64,000 nt of DNA, taken from Deltaproteobacteria bacterium. Lineage in GTDB: Bacteria; Myxococcota_A; UBA796; UBA2385. The stretch spans positions 78,424 to 142,423 of the forward strand of contig JAEUKK010000027.1 of the NCBI GenBank assembly GCA_016792625.1, read 5' to 3'. Shown piece after piece: positions 1 to 8,338 of the stretch; within the stretch, counting starts at the first letter, position 1, and the number at the start of each line of letters is the position of its first letter. The position numbers and the translations under genes were made by a program. Below the pieces are notes generated by a model. The model was given only the letters and a program-made list of their open reading frames with translations, was not told where the DNA came from and searched no databases.

Positions 1-1373
1 AGCAGCTTCAGCTTCTCCTGATCCATGTCGCTGAGCACGTTCTCGACGATGGGCGTGCCCGCGGCCAGGGCAGTCCACAGGCTGCCCAGGCGCTCTTCGG
101 CGGCGGCCAAACGGGCGGCCTCGGTCGGGGCGAGGTCGGCCCGCTCGCCGGGGTCGGCCCGCAGATCGTAGAGCTTGCGGGTGTCGACCAGGCCGTCGTA
201 GCTCTTCTCGATGTGAATGAGGTGCAGGTCACCATCCAAGAGGCCCCGGGCCACCGTGCGCTTGGGCCACTGCAGGTCGAGCACCAGCGGGCGGGGCGGC
301 AAGACCCCCTCTTTGGCCGCCGACCGCAGGTCGACCCCGTCAAAAGTACCCTCAGGCAGGCCCTTGTCGAGCCCGAGCGTGGCGAGCACAGTGGGCGTGA
401 TGTCCATCAAGGAGGCTGGGCCCTTGACCACCGCCCCCTCGGTCTGGCCCGGGTACTTGATGATCAGCGGCACCTGCACGACCTCGCGGTGCAGCGTGTA
501 GCCGTGCGAGAAGCCGCCGTGCTCGAACATCTCTTCGCCGTGGTCGGCGGTGACGATGATCAGCGCGTTGTCGTAGCGGCCGGTCGAGCGCAGGTGGCTG
601 AGCAGCTTGCCGACCTCGTCGGTGGCGTAGCGCACCGCGGTGAGCTGCTGCTCGCGCGCGCTCTGCAGGTAGCGCGAGCCCACCCGGTCGCGGGCCTCGA
701 GCTGCCGCTGGGTCATGATCTCGCCCATCGGGCCCTTGTAGTAGCGGAAGCCCATCAGCGGCCGGCGGCCATAGACCCGCTTGAGGGCTGATCTCGGCAC
801 GCGGTAGGGCCCGTGGCAGTTCATGGGCTGGAGCGCGGTGAACACCGGGCCCTCGGCCTCGCTGAGCCACTGCCGGGCGGCCTTGACCATGACGCTGGCG
901 TTCGGGTAGGCCACGGCCGGCTTGTCGCTGCTGGTGAAACGGTCGAAACCCTGGTGCAGCGCGTTCTTCTCACCAAAGTTCGCGTTATCAGACCAGCCGC
1001 CGGTGACCCAGCCGGCCGCGCCGAGGCGCTCGGCCAGGGTGAGCTGGGCCTCGGGCAGCTTGTCGCCGAAGGTGCGCAGGCCGTGGCGCAGCGGGTGCAG
1101 GCCGGTGTGGATGGTCGCTGTGCCCGGCAAGGTCCACGACGACGGCGCCCAGGCCGTCTCGTAGCGGGTCGCGTGGGCGGCCAGCGCGTCGATCGCCGGG
1201 CTGGTGGCGACCGTGGCCCCATAGGCCCCCAGCGAGTCGGGGCGCAGCGTGTCGAGCACGACGAGGATGACGTCAGGCGCGCCCGGCGGAGGGGCCGGCC
1301 GGTCGGCGCCGCAGCCCGCGAGAATGGCGCCGAGCAGGGCGGTCGGTGCATGGCGTACGGCGAAGCTCCACAT
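1..1373 (-). CDS. Sulfatase-like / alkaline-phosphatase-superfamily metalloenzyme (PF00884 or type I phosphodiesterase-like), lipoprotein; the 3' end runs off the window
   Basis: Manual minus-strand translation from ATG at 1373-1371 gives MWSFAVRHAPTALLGAILAGCGAD (signal peptide plus lipobox), then VILVVLDTLRPDSLGAYG ... IIVTADHGEEMFEHGGFSHGY, typical of sulfatase / nucleotide pyrophosphatase-like enzymes. No stop codon before the window edge. Absent from the ORF track, presumably because it is open-ended. Confidence 0.7.
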   Translation of the reverse strand, partial: MWSFAVRHAPTALLGAILAGCGADRPAPPPGAPDVILVVLDTLRPDSLGAYGATVATSPAIDALAAHATRYETAWAPSSWTLPGTATIHTGLHPLRHGLRTFGDKLPEAQLTLAERLGAAGWVTGGWSDNANFGEKNALHQGFDRFTSSDKPAVAYPNASVMVKAARQWLSEAEGPVFTALQPMNCHGPYRVPRSALKRVYGRRPLMGFRYYKGPMGEIMTQRQLEARDRVGSRYLQSAREQQLTAVRYATDEVGKLLSHLRSTGRYDNALIIVTADHGEEMFEHGGFSHGYTLHREVVQVPLIIKYPGQTEGAVVKGPASLMDITPTVLATLGLDKGLPEGTFDGVDLRSAAKEGVLPPRPLVLDLQWPKRTVARGLLDGDLHLIHIEKSYDGLVDTRKLYDLRADPGERADLAPTEAARLAAAEERLGSLWTALAAGTPIVENVLSDMDQEKLKL

Positions 1374-1555
1374 GACCGCCCCCTCTCGGGCGCGAGGCTA
1401 ATGCAGGCCGCCGCGGCCGACCACGAGCGCGGCGTTGGGGCGCGGTCAGGCGCCGCGGTGTGTGTGGGCGGCGCGCAGAGGGCGCGGCTGGCGTCTCCTT
1501 CGTGCTACATCCGCGAGGTTCCGGGCGGGGCGGCGTGCGCCCCGAGGGGGGCGCG

Positions 1556-2920
1556 GTGGGGCAGCGGCGCGGCAGCACAGGGGGCAGAGCGGGGCGCGGC
1601 GCGCGGGCCTGGGGTGTGGCGCTGGCCGCGGCGGCGCTGGCCGCCCCTGCCCCTGTTTGGGCCGAGATGCGCGACTATGACGTCACTGACCTTGAAGACA
1701 TCGGGGTCGGCGGCATGGTGATGGTCGACGCCCTGGGCGATGGGGTGCGGGTGCCCGTGGTGGTGGCCCGGGTGGCGGGTGTGCGCGGGCTCTTCCGCCT
1801 CGAGCTCGAGGCCCCGCCGGCCCTGCTCACCGGCCTGCCTGAAGTCGAGCTGACGCTGGCCCCTTGGCGCGCCGCGGCCGGCCCCGAAGAGCTGCTGCTG
1901 GCGGTCACGGGGAACCACTTCAACCTCGATCCGCTCTCGCCGAGCACTCCAGATGGCGCGCTCTACGTCATCCTCGACGTGGGCGGCGAAGCGCCGACGG
2001 TCAGCCAGGTCAGCCCGGTGCTGGGCACCGACCCGCGCGGGCGCCACATGGCCACCCGCGGCGACGGGGCTGTGGTGCTGAGCACCCCCGACGGGGTGGC
2101 GGCGGCGGTCTCCGACACCGACCCGACCCCCGTCCTAGCCCAGCGGGTGGACACTTGGGCCTACGGCGCCTATGGTCCGACCCACGCCCTGCTGCCCACC
2201 GCGGCCGCCCTGCTGCCGGTGGGCGAGACCGGCGCCTTCGCCGTCGGCGCCGATGATGTCGTGCGCTACCTACCGGCCAACCCCGACGCGCCCCTGGTCG
2301 CCACCCTCGGCCCGCTCGCCGGCGCCCTGCCCGCGCCGCTGGCGGTGGCCGGCCGCGGCGGGCCCTTCGTGACCACGATCACCGGCGCGCTGGTCGAGCT
2401 GCGGCCCGATGGCCCGGTGACCCTGCTCAGCACGCCCTTTGTGCGCGACGTGGCCGCGGGTGAGCGGGCCCTGGCCCTGCAGGTCGGCGGCGCGCTCTGG
2501 CTGGTGCCCGACCGCGGGGCCCTGGGCCTGCGGCAGATCGCCCCCTTCGGGATTGACGACAACGACGTCTTTTGGGTGCTCGGCGACACCGACGCCGACG
2601 GCTGCGAAGAGGTGGTCAGCACCGCCCGGGCCTCGGGGCGGGTGATCTGGTGGGAGGCCGGCTGCGAGGTCGGCCTCAGCCCGGCCAGCCCCGGCGCCTT
2701 GGCCGCGCCCGACGCGGCGGCGGCGCCCGCGGGCGTCGAGGTCGAGGGGGCCCCGCCCATTCGTGGTGCTGACCCGGCCGATCCGGCGCGGGACACCGGC
2801 GTTGCGCCCGAGGCCCTGGGCCCCTTGGAATTCGGCTGGGCCTGCGGCGGCGGAGGGGCGGGCGCGGCGCTGACCCTGCTCAGCGCGGGCCTCGTGGGGC
2901 TGCGGCGTCGGCGGCGTTGA
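1556..2920 (+). CDS. Secreted hypothetical protein with a C-terminal MYXO-CTERM-like sorting signal
   Basis: ORF 1460..2920. N-terminal signal-like RGARAWGVALAAAALAAPAPVWA. C-terminus GWACGGGGAGAALTLLSAGLVGLRRRRR is a Cys-containing motif followed by a hydrophobic helix and an Arg cluster, as in MYXO-CTERM. Start codon uncertain; the GTG at 1556 is chosen so the signal peptide is included. Confidence 0.65.
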   Translation: MGQRRGSTGGRAGRGARAWGVALAAAALAAPAPVWAEMRDYDVTDLEDIGVGGMVMVDALGDGVRVPVVVARVAGVRGLFRLELEAPPALLTGLPEVELTLAPWRAAAGPEELLLAVTGNHFNLDPLSPSTPDGALYVILDVGGEAPTVSQVSPVLGTDPRGRHMATRGDGAVVLSTPDGVAAAVSDTDPTPVLAQRVDTWAYGAYGPTHALLPTAAALLPVGETGAFAVGADDVVRYLPANPDAPLVATLGPLAGALPAPLAVAGRGGPFVTTITGALVELRPDGPVTLLSTPFVRDVAAGERALALQVGGALWLVPDRGALGLRQIAPFGIDDNDVFWVLGDTDADGCEEVVSTARASGRVIWWEAGCEVGLSPASPGALAAPDAAAAPAGVEVEGAPPIRGADPADPARDTGVAPEALGPLEFGWACGGGGAGAALTLLSAGLVGLRRRRR

Positions 2921-2924
2921 GGTG

Positions 2925-2975
2925 GGCGGGGGGCTCCGCCCCCCGCAACGCCCCCGGAGGCTTTTGTTTTTTTGG
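2925..2975 (+). terminator. Putative rho-independent terminator after the MYXO-CTERM gene
   Basis: GC stem cgggggg/ccccccg with loop ctccg at 2927-2945, then a T-run ttttgttttttt at 2962-2973, directly 3' of the stop at 2920. Confidence 0.35.
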
Positions 2976-3342
2976 TGTTCCCGCTGCGATGGAAGCGGCT
3001 CGTGCTCACGAGGCTTGGCCTCGTTGAGTTGACGAGGCTGTTCGCGCAGACCCTTCGGCTCGTTGTTGTCGATGCCGGGGGCCGCCGGCCCCCAGGCCCC
3101 CGGGCAAGGGGCCTGCGGGGCCCCTTGCATTCCCCGCCAAGGGGGGCAGCGGGCAGGCTTCGCGCGGCGCACGGTGGCGCCGCGCGCCAGCCCGCAAAGC
3201 CCCCCTTTGCCGGTTCTCCAAGACCGGGCCCCCAGGACCCGGCGCGACCCGCTGCTGCTGTGGGCGATGAGGGGGCTCGCCGCGAAGGCCTCGGCTGCTG
3301 CGGTTGGGGCGACGCCCGTGGCGCGGGGGCTTCGGAGCTGAA

Positions 3343-3963
3343 TCAGCCTTCGTCGGCAGAGGGGCGCGGCGTCGGGGGGGAGGGGCCGCCCGCTGCGCGC
3401 CAGGCGGCGCGCAGGGCGACGGCGGCGGGCCCGGGGTCGGGGGTGGCCAGGGCGCCGAGCACGGCTGCGCCCCAGGCGCCCGCGGCGGCGAGCTGGCCGA
3501 GGCGGGCGGCGTCGACGCCGCCCAAGGCGAGCACCGGTCGGCCGGCCGCGGCGGAGATCAGGGCCGCGGGCCCCAGCGGCGGGCGGGCGTCGCCGGGCTT
3601 GCTGCCCGGGGCCCAGATCGGCGAGAGCAGCGCGTAGCGCGCCCCTTCCGCGAAGGCGCGGTCGAGGGCGGCGGCGCTGTGGCAGCTGCGGCCCCAGGCC
3701 GCGGGGTGGTGGGGCCCGCCTGCGGGCAGGTGCAGGGGCCAGCCGCCCGGATCGGCCCGCGCGCCGGGGTTGTCGGCGTGCACGATGATCTGCAGGCCGA
3801 GCGCCGCGGCCCGCGCGGCGGCCGGGCGCCAAGCCTCGTCGAGATCGGCCTTCTCGCGCAGCAAGACGGCGGGCCAGCCGGCCGCGGCCAAGGCGTTGAG
3901 CCAGGGGCCCAGCGGGCGGCCGTCGCCGGGGCTGAGGGCGAGCAGGCGGGGGGGCGGCTCCAC
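3343..3963 (-). CDS. Thiamine-phosphate synthase family protein (ThiE/TenI-like)
   Basis: 206-aa ORF: AVLLREKAD ... IIVHAD ... YALLSPIWAPGSKPG ... PVLALGGVDAARLGQLAAAGAWGAAVLGAL matches the ThiE/TenI TIM-barrel motifs. Confidence 0.6.
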   Translation of the reverse strand: MEPPPRLLALSPGDGRPLGPWLNALAAAGWPAVLLREKADLDEAWRPAAARAAALGLQIIVHADNPGARADPGGWPLHLPAGGPHHPAAWGRSCHSAAALDRAFAEGARYALLSPIWAPGSKPGDARPPLGPAALISAAAGRPVLALGGVDAARLGQLAAAGAWGAAVLGALATPDPGPAAVALRAAWRAAGGPSPPTPRPSADEG

Positions 3964-4103
3964 GTGCGGCTCCTCGCGCGCGGGCGGGTGCGCGGCGCGG
4001 CGCCGGGGCTATGCTGGGGGTCGAACATCTGCGCGGGCAGCAGCTCTGCTGCCCCGCTGGTCCACCCCGCCGCGCCCTGCGCGGCCCCGCCCTGGAGCGC
4101 CCC

Positions 4104-4442
4104 ATGGTCCGCAGCCTCGCCCTCGCCGCCGCCCTGCTCTTCTCCTCGTCCGCGCTGGCCTGCCCGATGGCCGACGCCGCCGCCTTCACCGAAGCCGCCG
4201 CCAAGGTCGAGCAGGCCAGCGGCGCCAAGGCCACCTTCGCCGTGACCGGCATGCACTGCGGCTCTTGCTCCGACAAGGTCAGCAAGGCCCTGATCGCCGT
4301 CCCCGGCGTGACCGCCGCCGCCGTCGACTACCAGACCGGCAAGGTCGTGGTGGCCTACGACGCCCAGAAGGCCAACAAGGCCGCCATGCTCGAGGCGATC
4401 ACCAAGTCGGGCTTCAAGGCCACCGAAGCCACCAAGAACTGA
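4104..4442 (+). CDS. Periplasmic heavy-metal-associated (HMA) domain protein / metallochaperone
   Basis: MVRSLALAAALLFSSSALA signal peptide, then GMHCGSCSDKV (GMxCxxC HMA motif). The ORF 4011..4442 is trimmed to the ATG at 4104. Confidence 0.7.
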   Translation: MVRSLALAAALLFSSSALACPMADAAAFTEAAAKVEQASGAKATFAVTGMHCGSCSDKVSKALIAVPGVTAAAVDYQTGKVVVAYDAQKANKAAMLEAITKSGFKATEATKN

Positions 4443-4695
4443 GCCCGCCGGCCTCCGCGCCGCGCCATCGTCAAGGTGGTGCGGCGCGCGCCGTTTGGGC
4501 CCGGGTGCGGCCAAGCTCCGCGCCCGGCCGACCGGACCGCGCCGCGCAGCGGCGGCCCCCCCGGGGCCGAGCCCGCGCGCCCGGCGATCCCGCCGCAGGC
4601 GGAGCGCCGGGCGGGGCCGCGGGCGAGCGGGGAGGGCGGCCGCAGGCGCCCGTCTGCCCCCAGCGCCGGGCTAAGGTCCGCCCCTGGAGGCCTGC

Positions 4696-5946
4696 ATGGG
4701 CGCCCCCGCCGAACCCCTGATCTTCTCCTTTGACGTGGTCTGCCCCTACGCCTGCCTGGCGCTCTTCGAGGTCGAGGCGCTGGCCGCGCGGCTCGGGCTG
4801 CCGCTGGTGGTCGAGCCGGTGCTGCTCGGCGGCCTTTTTCGGGCCCAGTCGGCGCCCGATCAGCCCGCCGCGGGCTGGAGCGTGGCCAAGGCCCGGCACG
4901 GCGCGCTCGACGTCACCCGTCAGGCCCATGTGCGCGGCCAGGCGTGGCGGCTCGCCCCCGGGCACCCGCGCCGCAGCGTCGAGGCCATGCGCCTCGTGAT
5001 CGCCGCTGCGCCGGGCCAACGCCTGCCCCTGGCCCGCGCCTTGGCCCTGGCCTACCACGGCGAGGGTCAGGACCTCGCCGACCGCGCCGTGCTCGCGCCC
5101 ATCGGCGCGGCCTTCGGGGTCGACATCGCGCAGATTGACGTGGCTGAGGTCAAAGATGAGCTGCGCGCCAACACCGAGCGCGCGGCCGCCGCGGGCGCTT
5201 TTGGGGTGCCCACCCTGCGCCACGGCGAGCGCCTCTGGTGGGGCGTCGACCGTTTTGAGGCCGCCGCCCAGGCCATCGGCGGCCTGGCCCCCGCGCCGCT
5301 GCCCGCGCGCCCGGGCCACCGCCGGCGCCTGACCGTGGTCTTTGACCTCGCCAGCCCCTTCGCCCACATCGGGCTCAGCGTCGCGCAGGGCATCGCCGAG
5401 AAGCACGGCGTTGAGCTGGTGCTCTGGCCGGTGCTGCTCGGCGCGCTCTTCCGCAGCATCGGCACGCCCGACGTGCCGCTCTTCGCGATGGCCGAGGCCA
5501 AGCGCGCCTGGACGGGGCGCGACCTCTTCGAGCAGGCGGCCCAGCGCGGCGTTCCGCTTCAGTTTTCGAGCCACTTCCCCGTGCGCACCGTGCTGCCCCA
5601 GCGTGTGCTGCTCGACCGCCCCGACCTCGCCGTGGCCATGTCGGCGGCGGTCTGGTCCGAAGACCAAGACCTCGGCGACCCCGCGGCGCTGGCCGCCTGG
5701 CTGCGGGCCCGGGGCGAGGAGGCCGAGGCCCTGCTCGCCGCCGCCGAGGCGCCCGAGGTCAAGGCGCGCCTGCGGGATAGCAACACCCGCGCCGAAGAGG
5801 CCGGCGTCTTTGGTGTGCCCGCCTGGATCGTCGACGACGGCCCGCCCATTTGGGGCGTGGACCGCCTGCCCCTGGTCGAGCGCGTGCTCGCCGGCCTCGA
5901 GCTCGGTCCGGTCGACAGCTTCGCTGAGGGCGGCCCGCGGCCATGA
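4696..5946 (+). CDS. Tandem DsbA-like 2-hydroxychromene-2-carboxylate isomerase family protein (two fused thioredoxin-like domains)
   Basis: Two repeats of the HCCA-isomerase/DsbA-like pattern: FSFDVVCPYACLA ... GAFGVPTL and VVFDLASPFAHIG ... GVFGVPAWIVD. Confidence 0.7.
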   Translation: MGAPAEPLIFSFDVVCPYACLALFEVEALAARLGLPLVVEPVLLGGLFRAQSAPDQPAAGWSVAKARHGALDVTRQAHVRGQAWRLAPGHPRRSVEAMRLVIAAAPGQRLPLARALALAYHGEGQDLADRAVLAPIGAAFGVDIAQIDVAEVKDELRANTERAAAAGAFGVPTLRHGERLWWGVDRFEAAAQAIGGLAPAPLPARPGHRRRLTVVFDLASPFAHIGLSVAQGIAEKHGVELVLWPVLLGALFRSIGTPDVPLFAMAEAKRAWTGRDLFEQAAQRGVPLQFSSHFPVRTVLPQRVLLDRPDLAVAMSAAVWSEDQDLGDPAALAAWLRARGEEAEALLAAAEAPEVKARLRDSNTRAEEAGVFGVPAWIVDDGPPIWGVDRLPLVERVLAGLELGPVDSFAEGGPRP

Positions 5947-6704
5947 GCCGGCGCGCCGCTCCGCTCGATCACCTTGGAGCGCGCCTTGCGCTCGGGCTGC
6001 TGGGCCTCGCCCTGCTGGGCCTGCCGGCGGTGGCCGCCGATGGCCCGCCCGCGGCCCTGGTGCGCTGGGGGAATGGCCTCAAGCGCGCATTTCCGCACTA
6101 CCCCGAGGTGCGCGGCGGCTACGAAGAGGGCGGCGCGATCGGGGGCCGCTGCTTGCGCCCGGGTGAGCCCACGCCCCCGGCCGAGCGCCACCCGATGGAT
6201 CCGGCGCGGCGGGCGGCCCGGGCCGCCGACCCCGCCGCCGCCGAGGCCGCCTGCGTGGCCGCGCTGATCCCCGGCCCGCTGCTCAACGCCAGCTTGGAGC
6301 CCCAAGACCAGCGGATCTTCGCCCCCCTGGTGCTGCGCGTGGCCGCCGCCGCGGGCGGCGACGCCGACGCGGCCATCGCGGCCCTGCTCGCCCACGGCCC
6401 GCTGACCAACCGCAGCGAGCAGGCCTTGGTGCCGGTCGGGCCCTTCCTCATCGAGGTCGCCGCCCCCTGTCAGGTGGGCGGCCTCTTCGCCTATGACCTC
6501 TACGACGTCGTGCTCGCCGCGAAGCAGATCGCGCCCGAGCTGCCCCCGCCGGCCCGGGTGGCCTACAGCCCCTGCGCCAGCCTGAGCTACCAGTGGCTGT
6601 CGGTGGCCGAGCTGGCCGAGCGGGCCGCCCAGCCGCGTGAGCTGTGGGGCCTCGAGTTCCCCGAGGTGCGCGACCGCGCCAAGGCCCAGGCGGCGCCGCG
6701 CTGA
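5943..6704 (+). CDS. Hypothetical secreted protein
   Basis: Start overlaps the upstream stop (ATGA), so the two genes are translationally coupled. N-terminal signal peptide LALGLLGLALLGLPAVAADG. No recognisable domain. Confidence 0.5.
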   Translation: MSRRAAPLDHLGARLALGLLGLALLGLPAVAADGPPAALVRWGNGLKRAFPHYPEVRGGYEEGGAIGGRCLRPGEPTPPAERHPMDPARRAARAADPAAAEAACVAALIPGPLLNASLEPQDQRIFAPLVLRVAAAAGGDADAAIAALLAHGPLTNRSEQALVPVGPFLIEVAAPCQVGGLFAYDLYDVVLAAKQIAPELPPPARVAYSPCASLSYQWLSVAELAERAAQPRELWGLEFPEVRDRAKAQAAPR

Positions 6705-6750
6705 GCCGCGGGCCGGTGCTTGGGCCGATTTGGCGCCGGGATCTTGTGCT

Positions 6751-7950
6751 CTACGGCTTCGGTGACGCTGTTTTGGCCTTCTGGCGCTTCATCCACTCGA
6801 CGTAGCCATAGCACTGGCCGGCGGCCTCGCCCTTGAGCTGGGGGCAGGCCTTGTCGAGCAGGGGCTCGGCCTCGGGGATGCGCCCGGCGGTGACCAGGGC
6901 GCGGGCGAGGTTGGCCATGCTGGCCGGGCTGGCCTCGCCGCTGGCCGCGGCGGCCAGCGCCCCGCTCAGATCGCCGGCCTCGGTGGCCGCCCGCACGCGA
7001 ATGGTCTGGGCGAGGCCGCGCTCGTCGGCGTCGGCGGGCTGGGTGAGGCCGAGCAGCTTGACCGCGGTGCCCATGTCGCCGGCGTCGGCGATGAGGCGGG
7101 CGTGGCCGATCACCGCGCTCGACGGCAGGCCGCGGGCCTGCTGCGGCCCGACCTCTTTGAGCAGGGCGGTGGCGGCGCCGAGGTCTTCGGCCTGGACCGC
7201 GCAGGTGTAGCCGAGCGTGCGAAAGCGGGGCCGCTCGGCCTCGGGCAGCTCGGGCAAGGACTGGCGCACCACCTCGACGCAGGCCCGGGGCGCGCGGTCG
7301 TTGAGGTGGCGGGCCGCCCTGTTGAAGCGCGTGTCGGGTGAGCTGCGCACGGCCAGCACCTCGCGGGCGGCGGGCGTGATGCCGTCGGGGTCGAGGCTGG
7401 CCAGCTCGGCGGTGGCCCGCAGGTAGGCCAGCTCGTCGGGGGCGCCTTGGCGCAGCGCCCCGAGCTCGGCCCAGGCGCCGGGCCGGTCGCCGCCGTAGGC
7501 CCGCACCAGCACCGCCGCCCGCTGCAGGTGCGGGTCGGCCCCCACCGCCTTGCGCGCCCCCTCGAGCAGGGCCCGGGCCTCGCCCGCCCGATGGCCGTGG
7601 GCGAGCAGGATGGCGTAGAGCGCCAGCGCCTCGGCCCCGCGGGCCCCCAGCGGGCGGAAGGCCGCCGCGTCGGCCCCGCGCCAAGCCGCGTCGAGCGCCT
7701 CGCGCGCGACCTGGTAGCGGCCATTCTCGTAGAGGCAGTCGGCCACGGCGAAGCTCAGCGCGCGGTCGGTGGGCGCAGACGAGAGGCGCTGCTGCTGGGC
7801 GGGCAGGTCTTTGTCGCAGGCCTCGCGGGCGAGGCGGGCCGCGGCCAAGGTGTCGGCGGGGGTGCCGGCCACGGCCATGGGCGCCTGGCCGAGGGTGACG
7901 ACCAGCAGGGGAAGGAGGAGGGCAGGGGCGGAGGTGATCAGCGTGCGCAT
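6751..7950 (-). CDS. Secreted alpha-helical (TPR-like) hypothetical protein
   Basis: ORF 6751..8517 trimmed to MRTLITSAPALLLPLLVVTLGQAPMAVAG (signal peptide) at 7950. Helical repeats. C-terminal Cys pair CPQLKGEAAGQC. The upstream 189 aa of the ORF are Arg/Pro-rich junk. Confidence 0.5.
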   Translation of the reverse strand: MRTLITSAPALLLPLLVVTLGQAPMAVAGTPADTLAAARLAREACDKDLPAQQQRLSSAPTDRALSFAVADCLYENGRYQVAREALDAAWRGADAAAFRPLGARGAEALALYAILLAHGHRAGEARALLEGARKAVGADPHLQRAAVLVRAYGGDRPGAWAELGALRQGAPDELAYLRATAELASLDPDGITPAAREVLAVRSSPDTRFNRAARHLNDRAPRACVEVVRQSLPELPEAERPRFRTLGYTCAVQAEDLGAATALLKEVGPQQARGLPSSAVIGHARLIADAGDMGTAVKLLGLTQPADADERGLAQTIRVRAATEAGDLSGALAAAASGEASPASMANLARALVTAGRIPEAEPLLDKACPQLKGEAAGQCYGYVEWMKRQKAKTASPKP

Positions 7951-8338
7951 GGGCCGACCATAGCGCAGGCGGAGGCGCGGCTGGCGCTGGCCTGCGGGGC
8001 CGCGGCCTCGATCCGCCGGGGGCCTCGGGCCGTACCTACGCGCGTTGGCACGGGCCTTGCGTAGGGCCCTGCGTCGGCCCCCTGCGGGCCGCAGAGGAGT
8101 CCAGGATGAGCGGTGCGACGGTGACCCAGGCGGGGCCCTGGCCGGTGTCGGTGAGCTTGCTGCTGATGGGCGCGGTGGTCTGGGTGCCGCTGCTGCTCGC
8201 CTTCGCCCAGCGCGCGGGCGTGGTCGCCCTCTTCTGAGCCCCTGTGTCAGATCGCCCAGACCGCCTGTGCGCCCCGGCGCGCCGCCCGTGCGATGATGCG
8301 CGGCGCGCGCGGGCACCCGCCCGGCGGCAGAGGGTGGG

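Noticed and set aside
2270-4285. 671-aa minus-strand ORF spanning the terminator region, the thiE-like gene and the HMA gene
   Set aside because: Extremely Arg/Pro/Ala-rich (RRRPxxRR runs) with no domain signal. Overlaps two well-supported genes. A typical GC-rich shadow ORF.
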